Shown here: in pieces, positions 27,386-41,009 of the stretch | Layout of the letters: the number at the start of each line of letters is the position of its first letter | How positions within the stretch are numbered: the first letter of the stretch is position 1 | NCBI GenBank assembly: GCA_951406725.2 | Contig: OX597814.1 | Coordinates: 105,400,001 to 105,464,000 of the forward strand | From: Octopus vulgaris | Taxonomy: Eukaryota | DNA length: 64,000 bases | Direction: 5' to 3' | Program-made: the position numbers and the translations under genes | Notes under the pieces: model-generated | Databases searched by the model: none | Told to the model about the DNA's origin: nothing | What the model saw: the letters and a program-made list of their open reading frames with translations, nothing else

Positions 27386-27570
27386 CGTTAGCCACTACAA
27401 ATATTTTTTATTCTCTCCTTGTTTCTTTCTGTGTTCCTTTCTGTAGAAGAGCGTAGGCTCGAAACGTAAAATACTTTTTTCTATTCCTGAGCCTTATACT
27501 AATACATCTGTTTGTTTTGTACACCACCTGTCTTCGTCTTTTGTTTTTTTCGTAAACTCTCCCTATATAT
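27386..27570 (+). mobile_element. Short dispersed repeat, probably a Penelope-like terminal fragment, with a degenerate hammerhead-like motif
   Basis: CTGTAGA-A-GAGC-GTAG-GCTC-GAAACGTA at 27441-27468. Copies at 35846-36030 (-) and 60944-61020 (+). Confidence 0.55.
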
Positions 27571-27609
27571 ACATACACGTATACATACATACATACATAC
27601 ATACATACA

Positions 27610-27642
<33 letters not shown>

Positions 27643-27854
27643 GCATACATACATACATACATACATATAAATATACATCTACATATGCGCCATATATGCA
27701 TTACGCACGTATTTGCGTCTCACTTTGGAGTGACACACTGATTAAATGTGACCTTGACATTCACATTGATAACTGTCGCATCATGATTCTGCATCCGTCA
27801 ACCACTGATCTACCGATGGAGGAGTGAACGTCTGTTTCGTTCATTCAGTTATTT

Positions 27855-28700
27855 ATCGTATGTTGAAGAATGAAGAATTTGGAAGGCCAATCCTGTTTTG
27901 AATTAGGAAAAAATTCACAATGACATTTCTGAATGTTGCAATGAGTCTGTTGGGAGCAATCACGTGTGTGTGAGAGAGAGGTGGGGGAGAGAGAGGTTAG
28001 ATAGAGCGAAAGAGCGAGACAGAGACAGGCAATCAGACAGACAAACAGACAGAAAGATAGAGAGAGGGGGGGGGAGAGGCGAGAAAGCCGAAACTTCGAT
28101 GTTACTGCCAATATTTTCCTTGGGAAAGTTATTCTCAAAAGTTTTGAGTACGGAATATCTGGGTTTTCAAGTGAGGACGAACATCTGCCGAAAACTTCGT
28201 CACATTTAGACAACCTTCCAGAACAACTGGCGACGATGGAGTTGTAGAAGTACCTGCTGTGACCCGTGAAAACTGTCGCCTGAATGTCGGTGAAAATTCT
28301 AGAGAACTAGGTACTTGTAAAAGTTGGATACTAAATGATTTTAAAAGAAATATTGTAGATGTATCATACTGCCAGAGAATGTGTCACATCTACTGCCAGG
28401 GGAACAAAAAGGAAACCTAATCACGGTAAGGGAAAAAGATGATTGTTTAATGTTGGTGAAATATTTTCGAAAAGTTTCATAACAAGTGATGAAACATGAG
28501 TATATGTCTACGATGTCAGAATAATTGGCAGCTGTTGCAGTGAGTTGGATGCAGTGAAGAAAACTAAGAACACAGCAGAATCGCTCAGATGTAAATAAAA
28601 CGGATGTTGATCGTGTTTTTGTCTCGGAGAATCTCGTTTAGCAGGAGTTTGTTTCACGTAGTGAGAGAATCAATAAAAAGTTATACCTGAACTATCTGAT
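27855..28700 (+). mobile_element. Highly degenerate mariner-type transposase relic
   Basis: CFELGK near 27895, ITSDET*VYVYD at 28479-28514 (cf. TGDETWVY) and MLIVF near 28604. Confidence 0.65.
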
Positions 28701-28714
28701 TTAACATCAGCTCA

Positions 28715-29435
28715 CACAAATATTTGTTAGAAAATTGGAAATTTTATTTTGGTGATTGCTTCATTCTATGGAGATACAGTCGTCACCGTCTTAATGATTT
28801 CAAGACCTCAGTTAAATACATAAGCAGTATTATACAGTTGACAATGGAATATAGTCAAACTTCAACATTTCTTGGATATTTTAATCATAAAAAAGACTCA
28901 AGCATTGAAATTACCAGACACACCATAAACTAACAGATTCTAAATAATGTTTATTGTTTACTTCTTGCCACCCAAAACATACTAAAACCGATATACTGTT
29001 AATCTAACACAAATAATACGTTCCATTACTACAAATTTGAAACTCGAAATAAGACTCCAAGAATGAAATGTATTTAGACCTAACAAAATTGATAACAGAA
29101 AAGAACGTGTCAAAGCAGTAAACGTTTAGGAAATACAGAGGACAAAAACAATTCCGATACACCAAATATTCTGCCTCGCATCACAGCACACAACCCAAGA
29201 AATGCGGAAACACAAAACCTAAGAAATGCGGAAAAGCACAACAGCACCCAACGAAGCATTCCGTTATTGAAATAAGACCCAAGAATGAAAAAAAAAATTC
29301 GATAAACACAAACTACCAAAAGTGAAAGAGACACAAAATCTCTAAAAGAATTACTGACAAATACCGAATTATTTACTACAAATACAACATCAATAGCCAA
29401 AAAATGTGGTCGCCCTCGCTGCAGAGCGTTATGCT
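28715..29435 (+). mobile_element. Penelope-like element reverse transcriptase relic
   Basis: WKFYFGDCFILW (cf. WxRYxDDxF), IQLTMEYS, FLDILI, HHKLTDSK*CLLFTSCHPKHTK (PLE K.T...L...S.HP motif), KCGRPRC. Frameshifted. Confidence 0.75.
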
Positions 29436-30010
29436 CAGAGACAAATTTAAATCAGAACTTGCCATACATACACACACACACACACACATACACACATACA
29501 TATGTATGCACATGCCTATACATACACACGCATATATACACACGCATACACACATATGCATGCATACATACATACATACACACACACATACATACCCTGA
29601 CCCCCATATAAAACTACAAATCCAGACATGTGGGTCCATTATCTCCTCCTTCCTGACTCTCTCTTTCTCCATGTTTGATGTCTAATGATGTATGTATTAC
29701 GGAGGCAACCTCATACAGTTGTGCTTGTTACCCAAGGGTAAACCTTAGAACTGATTCTTATCACATCTCACTTTCCTTATCATCTAAAATTTCCTTCTTT
29801 AACCAAACTCTCTCTTTCCTTTTTCGTTTATTTATTATTTCGGGATAAAAATGACTTTTCTTTCTTTCTCTCATATTTCCACCCACCCACCCCCATTCTA
29901 TTCTTTACTTGATACTTTTTCTTTCATTTTGAATTCATGCATTTCTCTCTTTCCTCTTTTATCTTTCTTTTCTAATTTTCTTCTTTATATCTTTCGCATA
30001 TTCATTCTCC

Positions 30011-30068
<58 letters not shown>

Positions 30069-30362
30069 ACCTTTCTTCGTATCTCCTCCCCCACCACCTT
30101 ACAATGCCAGTCTCTCATTCAAGTTACCAAGCTATCCTTTCATTCTCTTCCCCTAATTTCTTTCATGACCTTATTCTTTCAATTCTGTTTCTGGAGATTT
30201 TTCATTCACTCATTTCATTCTTCCCAAATTTTCGCCTTCTTTCAAATCTTCTTTCCTCTGTGTGTGTGTGTGCGCGCGTGCGCACGCAGATAGATGGATG
30301 GATATGTATAGTTCTACCTCTCTATCTATATATGAATAGATGTACATGTGTAAGTATACATA

Positions 30363-30399
<37 letters not shown>

Positions 30400-30554
30400 C
30401 ATAAGGGACAAAAGCCATCTGAATATGGCTAGGGACAGGGCAGGGTGGTGGGGGTGTTACTGTTGCATTTAGCCCCAGGCGAACATCGACGTCACCAGAA
30501 AGGCTCGACACCGTCACGGTGCCCTTAACCTGCAAAGGGAGGTAATTCCCCGAT

Positions 30555-30628
30555 GAAGCGGAAACCACACACGGACCATGGTTTCAAGGTGTATTGCCTA
30601 TCATCGGCGTGTGGTAGGCCTCCGCTTC
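30555..30628 (-). ncRNA. Type I hammerhead ribozyme, inverted copy
   Basis: Reverse complement of 31047-31120. Confidence 0.75.
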
Positions 30629-31009
30629 CTCGACGAATCTCACTCTGCAGGATTTTCTTATATAGATTTTCAAGCAAAATACATTTGCTGATTTCGAAAA
30701 TCTGTTCGAAAGCAATAATAATTCTCTAAAAGGGATATAGACAGTAACTGCTCGATAACATAAGGGACAAAAGCCATCTGAATAGGTTAAGGGCACCGTG
30801 ACGGTGTCGAGCCTTTCTGGTGACGTCGATGTTCGCCTGGGGCTAAATGCAACAGTAACACCCCCACCACCCTGCCCTGTCCCTAGCCATATTCAGATGG
30901 CTTTTGTCCCTTATGTTATCGAGCAGTTACTGTCTATATCCCTTTTAGAGAATTATTATTGCTTTCGAACAGATTTTCGAAATCAGCAAATGTATTTTGC
31001 TTGAAAATC

Positions 31010-31016
31010 TATATAA
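31010..31016 (+). promoter_or_regulatory. Candidate TATA box of the 360-bp unit
   Basis: TATATAA about 30 nt upstream of the start of the ribozyme stem I (31047). Confidence 0.35.
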
Positions 31017-31046
31017 GAAAATCCTGCAGAGTGAGGATTCGTCGAG

Positions 31047-31120
31047 GAAGCGGAGGCCTACCACACGCCGATGATAGGCAATACACCTTGAAACCATGGT
31101 CCGTGTGTGGTTTCCGCTTC
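31047..31120 (+). ncRNA. Type I hammerhead ribozyme (U4C core variant, palindromic stem III)
   Basis: Stem I CACACG/CGTGTG extended by GAAGCGGAGGCC/GGTTTCCGCTTC. Core CCGATGA (31068-31074). Stem II AGG/CCT. GAAA (31090-31093). Stem III AC-CATG-GT. Predicted cleavage after GTC at 31101. Confidence 0.75.
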
Positions 31121-31870
31121 ATCGGGGAATTACCTCCCTTTGCAGGTTAAGGGCACCGTGACGGTGTCGAGCCTTTCTGGTGACGTCGATCTTCGCCTGG
31201 GGCTAAATGCAACAGTAACACCCCCACCACCCTGCCCTGTCGCTAGCCATATTCAGATGGCTTTTGTCCCTTATGTTATCGAGCAGTTACTGTCTATATC
31301 CCTTTTAGAGAATTATTATTGCTATATATATATATATATATATATAATACACACACAGACACGCACGCACACGCGGATAAATTATTTTGCGTATGTATAT
31401 GTGGCTGTGTTGCGGCGGCAAAATAATGCCTCCATGACTGCAATGTCAGTTTAAGATGTGTGAGAAATACAAGTTGTAATGGCGGTGTTGCTGAGACTAA
31501 ACGAGATTGATAATAGCTATCAATTGTCTAAAAGAGGAGATTAAGCAGTAATGAGAGAAAGGGTGAAGGAGGGAAGAGTTCGTAGCCGGTGACGATTAGA
31601 GTCGGTGTCAGCCGGAGAATTTTACCAGAAGACCCGTCACCGTTTTAACATAAAAAACACCGAATTCCGGGAAACACTTTTTCACAAATGTGAATGGCAG
31701 TTGTAGATGTACGTGTGTGTATATAAGCACGTATGTCCACACTTGTGTGCGTTTGTGCGTGTAACAATGGGTTCTCTAAAACATATATTAACGAAAACAC
31801 ATATACATACATATATAATGCGTATGTATATCTATGCATATATAAATGTGTGTGCATATGTGCTTGCTCG

Positions 31871-31908
<38 letters not shown>

Positions 31909-32083
31909 AGATAATGGTGTCATTAAGACCCAAAGGTGTCAGGTAATGCTGAATAAGTGCTATAGACAGACCATAGTTAAGTTCCAACGATGACATAGAA
32001 CCAACGTTGAACCCCCTATATGTGTGTTTGTGTGTGTGTGTGCGTGTGTGTGTGTGTGCGTGTGTGTGTGTGTGTTTACATAC

Positions 32084-32116
<33 letters not shown>

Positions 32117-32258
32117 CGTGCGTGTGTGTGTGTATGTGTGTACACTTTTATACATATAGATATGTACGTATATATAGTTATTTATAAAATATATTATCTA
32201 TATATATGTTTATGCAATTATACACACAAATGCTCAAGCATACACACATATACTAATG

Positions 32259-32310
<52 letters not shown>

Positions 32311-32824
32311 CACATACATTCATCTAAAGGGTTGTTTTTTTTTCTTATAAATATAAAATTTATAAAAATAATGCAATCCCAAAACTTGTTTATGTGGTTA
32401 CTCATTCTTCTGATAGTGACTTCGAAGTTTCACTGGTTGTAGTGTTGTCCCTGTGTAGTTTAGGAAAGAGTCTGACCTTACTATCCATGGCAGTGGTGAC
32501 AATAAAATCGAAATCACAAACAAACACAGAAATACCGTAACAAAGACACCAGTAGTAGTAGTAGCAGCAGCAGCCGTTCAAAAATTTGGACCTGGAGATC
32601 TCCATTTCCAGCGACTTCGAGGGCCACCTCCCAGTGGTGTCGGGCGTCAAAGAAGAGCCCTGGACTACAACAAGACGACCAAAGCTCTTTTTTTCCAAGG
32701 TTTGGGGTTTCCCGCCCCTAAGCTCTAGACCATCACCTAATCACCCTTACCCGTCTTGTTGCTTAACAACAACAACAACAACAGCAGCAGCAGGAGCAGC
32801 AGCGGTAGCAGCAATGATGACACG

Positions 32825-33600
32825 AAAATAGCCGTTTATAAAGCTTTTGTGTTTATCCTCTTTTCGATAATTCTCTGAAACTTCGACATCCCTTTCAAAC
32901 GCCTTAAACGCTTCCATCAAAAATGCTTTGGCCATATTCTGAAGATAAAAGTGGAATTCATTCACAGACGTCTCTGATGTTCTTGCTGCATCTGGTATTT
33001 ATTCCATCCGGACAATAATAAGTTTGAGAAATTAAACTGCGACAGTCAGGACATATTGTTTCGCATGGCCGGCGATTGTCCCCTAAACAAGTGTTTTATG
33101 GGGGAAATTTTCAAGTGGAAACGAAACACTGTAAACTAAAAAGAAGAGGTTGAAAGATGCATTGATGCAGAACTTGGATAACATAGTAACTACCCAAAAT
33201 AAATAAATGAATAAAATAAAATAAAGGGCAGTAAAGTCTTTCAACAGATCGCTCTACCCGGCGTTCAAAAATATGGGATGGTGTGATAAAACAGCCAGTA
33301 GGGGGATATGAACTTGGAATTATTACAACTTATACTTCCTGTGATAGAATCTGCGGTTGGACTTCGGTCTCATAAATGAGCACAGAAAAGGAAAATTCTT
33401 ATTGATTATAGAGCATGCCTTTCAGTTTGCCCTTCTCAATGCCACATATGCTACAGGGCCAGCAAATTTGAAGAAAGTCCGAAGAAACATTTTAAGATTC
33501 ATCAAGATCAGACACCAGAGGCAGTTTAAGCTGCAACAAAACTAAAATGTGCAATTTATGAAGGCGTCTTTTTTTGAAAGTCTGTCAGGTCTAAACAACC
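32825..33600 (+). mobile_element. Degenerate RTE-clade LINE, RT C-terminus
   Basis: VYKA, LKRFHQKCFGHILKIK (32903), SGHIV, KQVFYG, KKRLKDAL, and LSGLNNHKMCH near 33600. Confidence 0.7.
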
Positions 33601-33989
33601 ACAAAATGTGTCATGCCAGAACTGAGCATCGCGTACACTGAGCTGGTAGATGTTTACATACATCATGTATACACATTCATATACATAGATATTCACATAT
33701 ATATAAATATGCATATCTATAAGTATACATACACACATACACATTACACATACAAATGCATCCATGCATTCATACATACGAACACACAAGTGCATCTATG
33801 CATTCATACATACACACATACATATATACATACATACATACATGTAAATAGCCATTTACCTATCATACTTAATGCAAACACATTGTGATATGCAAAATTA
33901 ACAGCAGAATTCCTCCAGAGTTTGCTCATCACGGTGTTCCAAATATCATTAAGTGTCTTTCAACAATGGCTATTTTCATTGTTATACTG

Positions 33990-34187
<198 letters not shown>

Positions 34188-34506
34188 GCCTTTGCACAGC
34201 TTCTAACGCTGCAGATATACTATGCTGTCAACTGTTCACTACCAGTGAAGTAAGGTAACACCTCTTATTTTTCGAGCACCTTCCGGAGTATTCAAACAGT
34301 TCCAAGCAGTGCTGTTTTCTGCAAGTGCTCCACCCTATTTGTGCAGTCCCTACTTGTTCCGTGTACTTCTCGAGATTTTTACTCATTGTTCCCAGGGTTC
34401 CGACAATTATTGGTACTACTACCACCTTTTTCATTGGCCACAGCTGCTTAACTTCCCAAGCTAACCTGTCATATCTATCGACTTTTCTTTCTCCCTTATC
34501 GCATAC
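34188..34506 (-). mobile_element. 3' end of an R4/Dong-type LINE, third subfamily
   Basis: KVDRYDRLAWEVKQLWPMKKVVVVPIIVGTLG...HLQKTALLGT. Its 3' UTR also occurs at 62050-62128 (+). Confidence 0.8.
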
Positions 34507-34507
34507 T

Positions 34508-34586
<79 letters not shown>

Positions 34587-34825
34587 CAAATATCAAATTT
34601 CCGGATGGGTTCAGACCAGAAGTTGAGACCATATCCCAGCGACCATCAGAAACATTTAGTTGATTGTATTACAACCAAAAATGGCAACCTCAGTATACAA
34701 AATATTTACCTGAAGCTTGGGGTTGGGATTGGGGTTAGGGCTGGGGTGAAGGTGATGTAAGGTAGAGATAGTGGTTAGTGATGGGAATCTTGGTGGAATA
34801 TTAATTGGTCATGTATATATGTATA

Positions 34826-34861
<36 letters not shown>

Positions 34862-35212
34862 TGTATGTATGTATTTGTATATATTAATATGGGATGTGAC
34901 TAACTTTATAGTAATCCCTGAGATTGCGGTGAATGGAGACCTCGTGGGGATGGGGCCAGACTCCAACGTTTCTAAGCTTCATGCCTAATGGCAAAAACTA
35001 ATTTGCCCAACGCGAGATTATATTTGGATTATTTTCGAATCTTCCACAAATACAAAACTGTCTTCAATCTATTCCTGATTCTTGAAAATTGTCAGCTTCC
35101 GTAATTAGTCTCAAGTTTGGCATCATTAGTTACTACATTGAGCATGAAATTCGGGGAAACGATGCTTATATTATTCATATAAATGTTTGTGTGGATGTGG
35201 GTATATGCATGT

Positions 35213-35268
<56 letters not shown>

Positions 35269-35311
35269 ATCTATGTATATGTATATATGTATATATGTAT
35301 ATATGTATGTA

Positions 35312-35343
<32 letters not shown>

Positions 35344-35405
35344 CATATATATATACATATATATATATATACATATATTTATATACACACATATATATAT
35401 ACATG

Positions 35406-35489
<84 letters not shown>

Positions 35490-35719
35490 GAGAGAGAAGT
35501 ATATATTGAGTAATCAATTTTCGTATAATTAACCTCATTTATAAATGTCAGTACGTGTAATGAACATAACATGTGTGTGTGTACTTATGTATGAATGTAT
35601 GTATGTATAGATAGACACAGAGAGAGAAAGAAAAAGAGAAAGAGAAAAGAGAGAAAAAGAGAAAGAGAGAGATACATATGTATATATATCTATGAAAAGA
35701 GATAGATCTATGTATATAT

Positions 35720-36030
<311 letters not shown>

Positions 36031-36452
36031 GCGACACTGCACTGATAAAGGACAAATATCCTGAAATATGTATATGTGTGTGCATTATTCGTATCTATAC
36101 ATTTGTACATATATACACGCACATACACACACGCTGGCGCACGCGCTTACGGAGATGGGAAAGCAAACACGACTCGTCCGTTGCGCATATTCCTAAAATG
36201 GCAGCGATGTGGAGAAGACTGACTGGTTGGCTCCTGAGATCATTGAAAACACGTATAAAGGAAACTAATATTGTTCCTATGGAGAACATTCGTGCTCAAT
36301 CGCTTAGATTACTGCTCCCACTTATGATCAGCGCAAAGCATCGAATTAACATCCGAACAGAAGTTTGCCACGGTGCAACAGACGAGCTTCTGGGAAAGGT
36401 TAAAAATGTTGAGGCCCTAATCCCTGTAGAGAAGACGTGAATGTTATGTACT

Positions 36453-36492
<40 letters not shown>

Positions 36493-36949
36493 TCGTTGAA
36501 GGTCTAGCATTCAACTTCGGCACCGAAAGCTCAACCAGTCAGAGGACTCATGCCACTGCATAGTACCAAAGAACTTACCTTTTCCGTCCAGAGTAATAAC
36601 TGAATACTGTAACAGCATGCAACTTTTTGATATGTTGTTAAAATGACTCAGAGACCGATGAGATGAAGATGTGAATATGTTCAAAGAACAATCAGACAGT
36701 CTTTTATTTGATATACCAGCTGAACCGACAGTGAAGAAGGGCACCTCTGTCCAACTCACTGTTTAACTAGAACCGATTAACAGCAACAGAATCGGAAAGT
36801 GAGTTCAAAATTAACAGGCGTTAGTGGTAATGGTGGTGCTCCAGCATGGACACGGCATCTGGCTGAAATTGATAATAGAATTATAGAATAAAATAATAGC
36901 ATAAAATAGTAGAATGTACTCAGACACACTTACACACATACACATGTAG

Positions 36950-37043
<94 letters not shown>

Positions 37044-37475
37044 TACATACTGAAGTACGAAACGAGAATAAAAAAAAAACCGACAATATCTCCAATACAG
37101 AACCAAACCGAAAATTGCAAAACAACATTGAACACGTCGAATGTTTCTGTAAGAAAATCTAGTTACTGTTTGTGCGTTTTGTGTAGTTGGCAAGATAAGA
37201 ACTGCATATGGCGGTGGTTTGTCCGCTATAAAACTGTGTGGAAGCGAAAAGCTGCCTTCAGCGTAAAACAAGGCATCGTAGCGAGCACCTGTCTGTTATC
37301 TTGTGACACTGATTAAATTATGTTTTGCAATGTTGCTCTTTCACTAGATTTTTATCGAAGAAACAATTTCGGTATATCCATTAGGATTATCAGAAGAGTG
37401 TATGCATATGCATTGCAGAACTCTTTTAATATCTGTTATACGTCTAACTATTTATTTCTCAATAGAACTGTATGC

Positions 37476-37517
<42 letters not shown>

Positions 37518-37614
37518 GTGAAATGCATACATATATTTGTGAACATACACAGAAACACACATATACATATACATACATATATATGTATATATATATATAT
37601 ACATATACATATAC

Positions 37615-37648
<34 letters not shown>

Positions 37649-37664
37649 ATATATATATACATAC

Positions 37665-37695
<31 letters not shown>

Positions 37696-39184
37696 CATAT
37701 ACATATGCATATACATATATATATGTGTATATATATATATAGACACATATGCATATACCTAGGTACATACGTGCATGCTGCAAACACAGGTACATGCGTA
37801 CCTGTGTGTGCATATATGATCATATGCATCAATAAGTACTTACACCCATGTAGACATGTCAAACATAATGTTCTTATCTCTGCATGTTCTGTGCATATGT
37901 TTGTGTGTGTATGTATATGCATGTATACGTATGTATACATGTACGAACGTATATATATATATAGGAATGGAATCGTAGCAAATTATATCAAACCTATTTC
38001 CCGTAAGAAGTACTCAATATGTTTGATAGAGTGGATTTTGAACTCTTTACAATAGTTATGTCTACATTTAGAATTAAGTCTAACCTTTGAGATCCTAGAC
38101 TAGAAAATTAGCTTCGAAGTCTGTTCTAAGAAATAATTAATTTCGGATTCATTATAAACAGCAAAAGATCAAAGGTGATTAGTCGAAACGATGCATAAAG
38201 ATATTTCAATGACGATAAAGTATGTAATTATTATGGAGTAGTTAGTCCTAGCTACAATATGAAAAGAAAAATAAAGCAATACACTGGACTATTTACCACT
38301 AAATATATCGTTACCTACTGCCTTTCACTTACTGCCTGACACAACTTATTTAAACTAAACCAGGTAAAAACTCCAGAATTTTCTCCTATCCCCACAGTTA
38401 TGAACAATACAGCTAAGTATTTGTCACTGAGGAGAGAAAATCAGGTCGAAACATTATGTCTACCGATCCGCCAGCGTTCTGCGCGAAGCCATGTGGTTTT
38501 AACACAAAAGTCCCTTTCAAATATTTCTCCGAAACACGTATCACATCAAGTGCCGTTACAAGTTTGTGTCCGTATTTTGGGAAGTACACCAATGACTACA
38601 AGCCAAAACTGCAATAAATATTACGATATTTTACTGAAACCAAATATTCCAACAGAATTCAGTGTAATTGAATATTAATGAATTAAAGTGCACGAATCCT
38701 TCAGTGCATCTGCATGAATCTCTGCTTAAATTAGTCACAGAACAGTAACTGTGAGATGCTTTATGACCCAATGCAATCCCAAATTGCTGTGTTGAGTAAC
38801 TGCGTTGAGTAAATGTGTTTAGCAAAGTTCGACTTTACAGATTCATACCCCACCCACTACCGGCAATGTATAGACTTTTACGTCTATGTTGTTTCCAATC
38901 AACACCGTTGATGCTTCCATTTTACTGACATTCCCGCCACTGCACATATAAAACTTAATTATGATTCCTAAACCACTGCGATGTGAAACACTAAATATCT
39001 CAAAACAATAAAACCACTATAAACGATAGTTTAACGAATATTGCCTGCCTAAATCGAACTCAGCAACTTAGACATGGCGAGATATTACAAGATTTCGTGA
39101 AAACCGTCATGTTTATCCCACTTCAGGAATGTTGCGTTTCTAGAAAGAATAAATATACCTCGAACCTGTATAATCTTTTCAACT

Positions 39185-39335
39185 ATAGACACAAGGCCTG
39201 AAATATTGAGGACGGAGGCTAATCGATTACATCGACACCAGTGCTTCACTGGCACTTATTTTATTGACCCCGAAAGGATAAACGGTAAAGTGGACTTCGA
39301 CAAAATCTGAATCCAGAATGTAGTAAAGACGGGCG
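39185..39335 (-). mobile_element. SINE family B fragment
   Basis: atcgattacatcgacaccagtg...ttgaccccgaaaggataaacggtaaagt. Confidence 0.7.
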
Positions 39336-39627
39336 CACACCAATAGATTGGTTGCCAGCTACAAACATGTAAACGCAGCAATATTCTGTTTGTAACCTCA
39401 CATTTTTACTGGTGTTTTTTTATTCTTTTATTATTTTACTTGTTTCAGTCACTTGACTGCAGCCATGCTGGAGCACAGCCTTTTGCCGAACCGCCGATAG
39501 TTGTTATTGACAAACAACAGTAATAATTTTATTCAGCTGAATACATGTCATTGATTGGTTGAAATTACCGAAATACGACTACCTAAGCACGAAATAACTT
39601 TGAAAATATAAATTTTTTTACACTAAG

Positions 39628-40030
39628 AGTGGCTGTGTGGTAAGTAGCTTGCTAACCAGCCACATGGTTCTGGGTTCAGTCCCACTGCGTGGCATCTTGG
39701 GCAAGTGTCTTCTGCTATAGCCCCGGGCCGACCAATGCCTTGTGAGTGGATTTGGTAGACGGAAACTGAAAGAAGCCTGTCGTATATATGTATATATATA
39801 TATGTATGTGTGTGTGTTTGTGTGTCTATGTTTGTTCCCCTAGCATTGCTTGACAACCGATGCTGGTGTGTTTACGTCCCCGTCACTTAGCGGTTCGGCA
39901 AAAAGAGACCGATAGAATAAGTACTGGGCTTACAAAAAGAATAAGTCCCGGGGTCGAGTTGCTCGACTAAAGGTGGTGCTCCAGCATGGCCGCAGTCAAA
40001 TGACTGAAACAAGTAAAAGAGTAAAGAGTA
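39628..40030 (+). mobile_element. SINE family A, near full length, with (AAAGAGT)n tail
   Basis: tRNA-like head; near-identical to 2140-2546. Confidence 0.88.
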
Positions 40031-40975
40031 AAAGAGTAAGAGTAAAAGATGTTTTATATGACACATTCTCCCGTTGTCCGAAGTTTGAAAGTGTTTTTTA
40101 CAAAAATTAATTTCTCGATCAGCCGTTCAAAGGGAAAAGATCCCTTTTGTGTCCGTTTCCAACAAAGATCAAAGAATAAACAACTGAGAAACGGCACTTT
40201 TGACAGAAAAGTCACCAAAATTTAGTAGACAAACAGTAATTCAATGACAAACATTGCTTGTCTTACAACATGAAGTCACTTGGTGGGTGTAATACTAACA
40301 TCAAATAAATTAGAAACGAAACTGTTCTTTACTGCTTCCTATTGAACTTTTGTGAGCAGTTCTTTGAAAAACCTGAAAAACAAAACTCGGATTCTCTTGT
40401 AGAGAGGAATGCAAATTCTTTGAAGTTTTTCCCTTAAATTTTGAAATAATCGAGAGATTTTGAAACTGCCGAAGAATGATAATTCCATCATTTTTATTTG
40501 AGATCATGCAAGAATTTATCCATTTATCAGATCTACTAACTTATAAAAAAACTACACACACACACACATATAGATACATATGTGTATATGTATATATCTA
40601 TATATTCTTCAAAAATAATGCCTAACCATCTAGCACTCTGTTCTATATTCTTTGTAACTCTTGTATTGATCAGAAGGAGAGAAGACGGTGACTAAAACAC
40701 TTTTCTGTATTTCTGAGCCAGAGGAGGACGTAAATGGTTCTCCTCAGCCGAGAATCCAGACTTGAGTGTCTTATGCCAGAGTGAACCCAGTCAAAAGTAC
40801 GCAAGGGTCTAAATCCTTAAAAATCCTTTAAAATGTTTTAGCCCGAAGGCCGCGGCCATGCTGGGGCACCACCGCTGGTGAAGTTAAATACTATACATAC
40901 ATACATACATTCATACATACATACATACATTCATACCTACATACATACATACATATACATACATACATACATACA

Positions 40976-41009
<34 letters not shown>

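Larger units (their letters stand above)
30396..31323. mobile_element. Hammerhead-containing 360-bp repeat element (retrozyme or Penelope pLTR-like): one inverted copy plus 1.5 direct copies in (TA)n
   Basis: GGTTAAGGGCACC starts at 30785 and 31145 (period 360). The reverse complement of 30396-30784 matches 30890-31279 with about 3 differences. (TA)n on both flanks. Confidence 0.85.

Noticed and set aside
32747-32965. Minus-strand ORF ending at a GTAAGG donor-like site, as a host exon
   Set aside because: The plus strand carries RTE RT motifs, so the ORF is largely antisense to a LINE relic.
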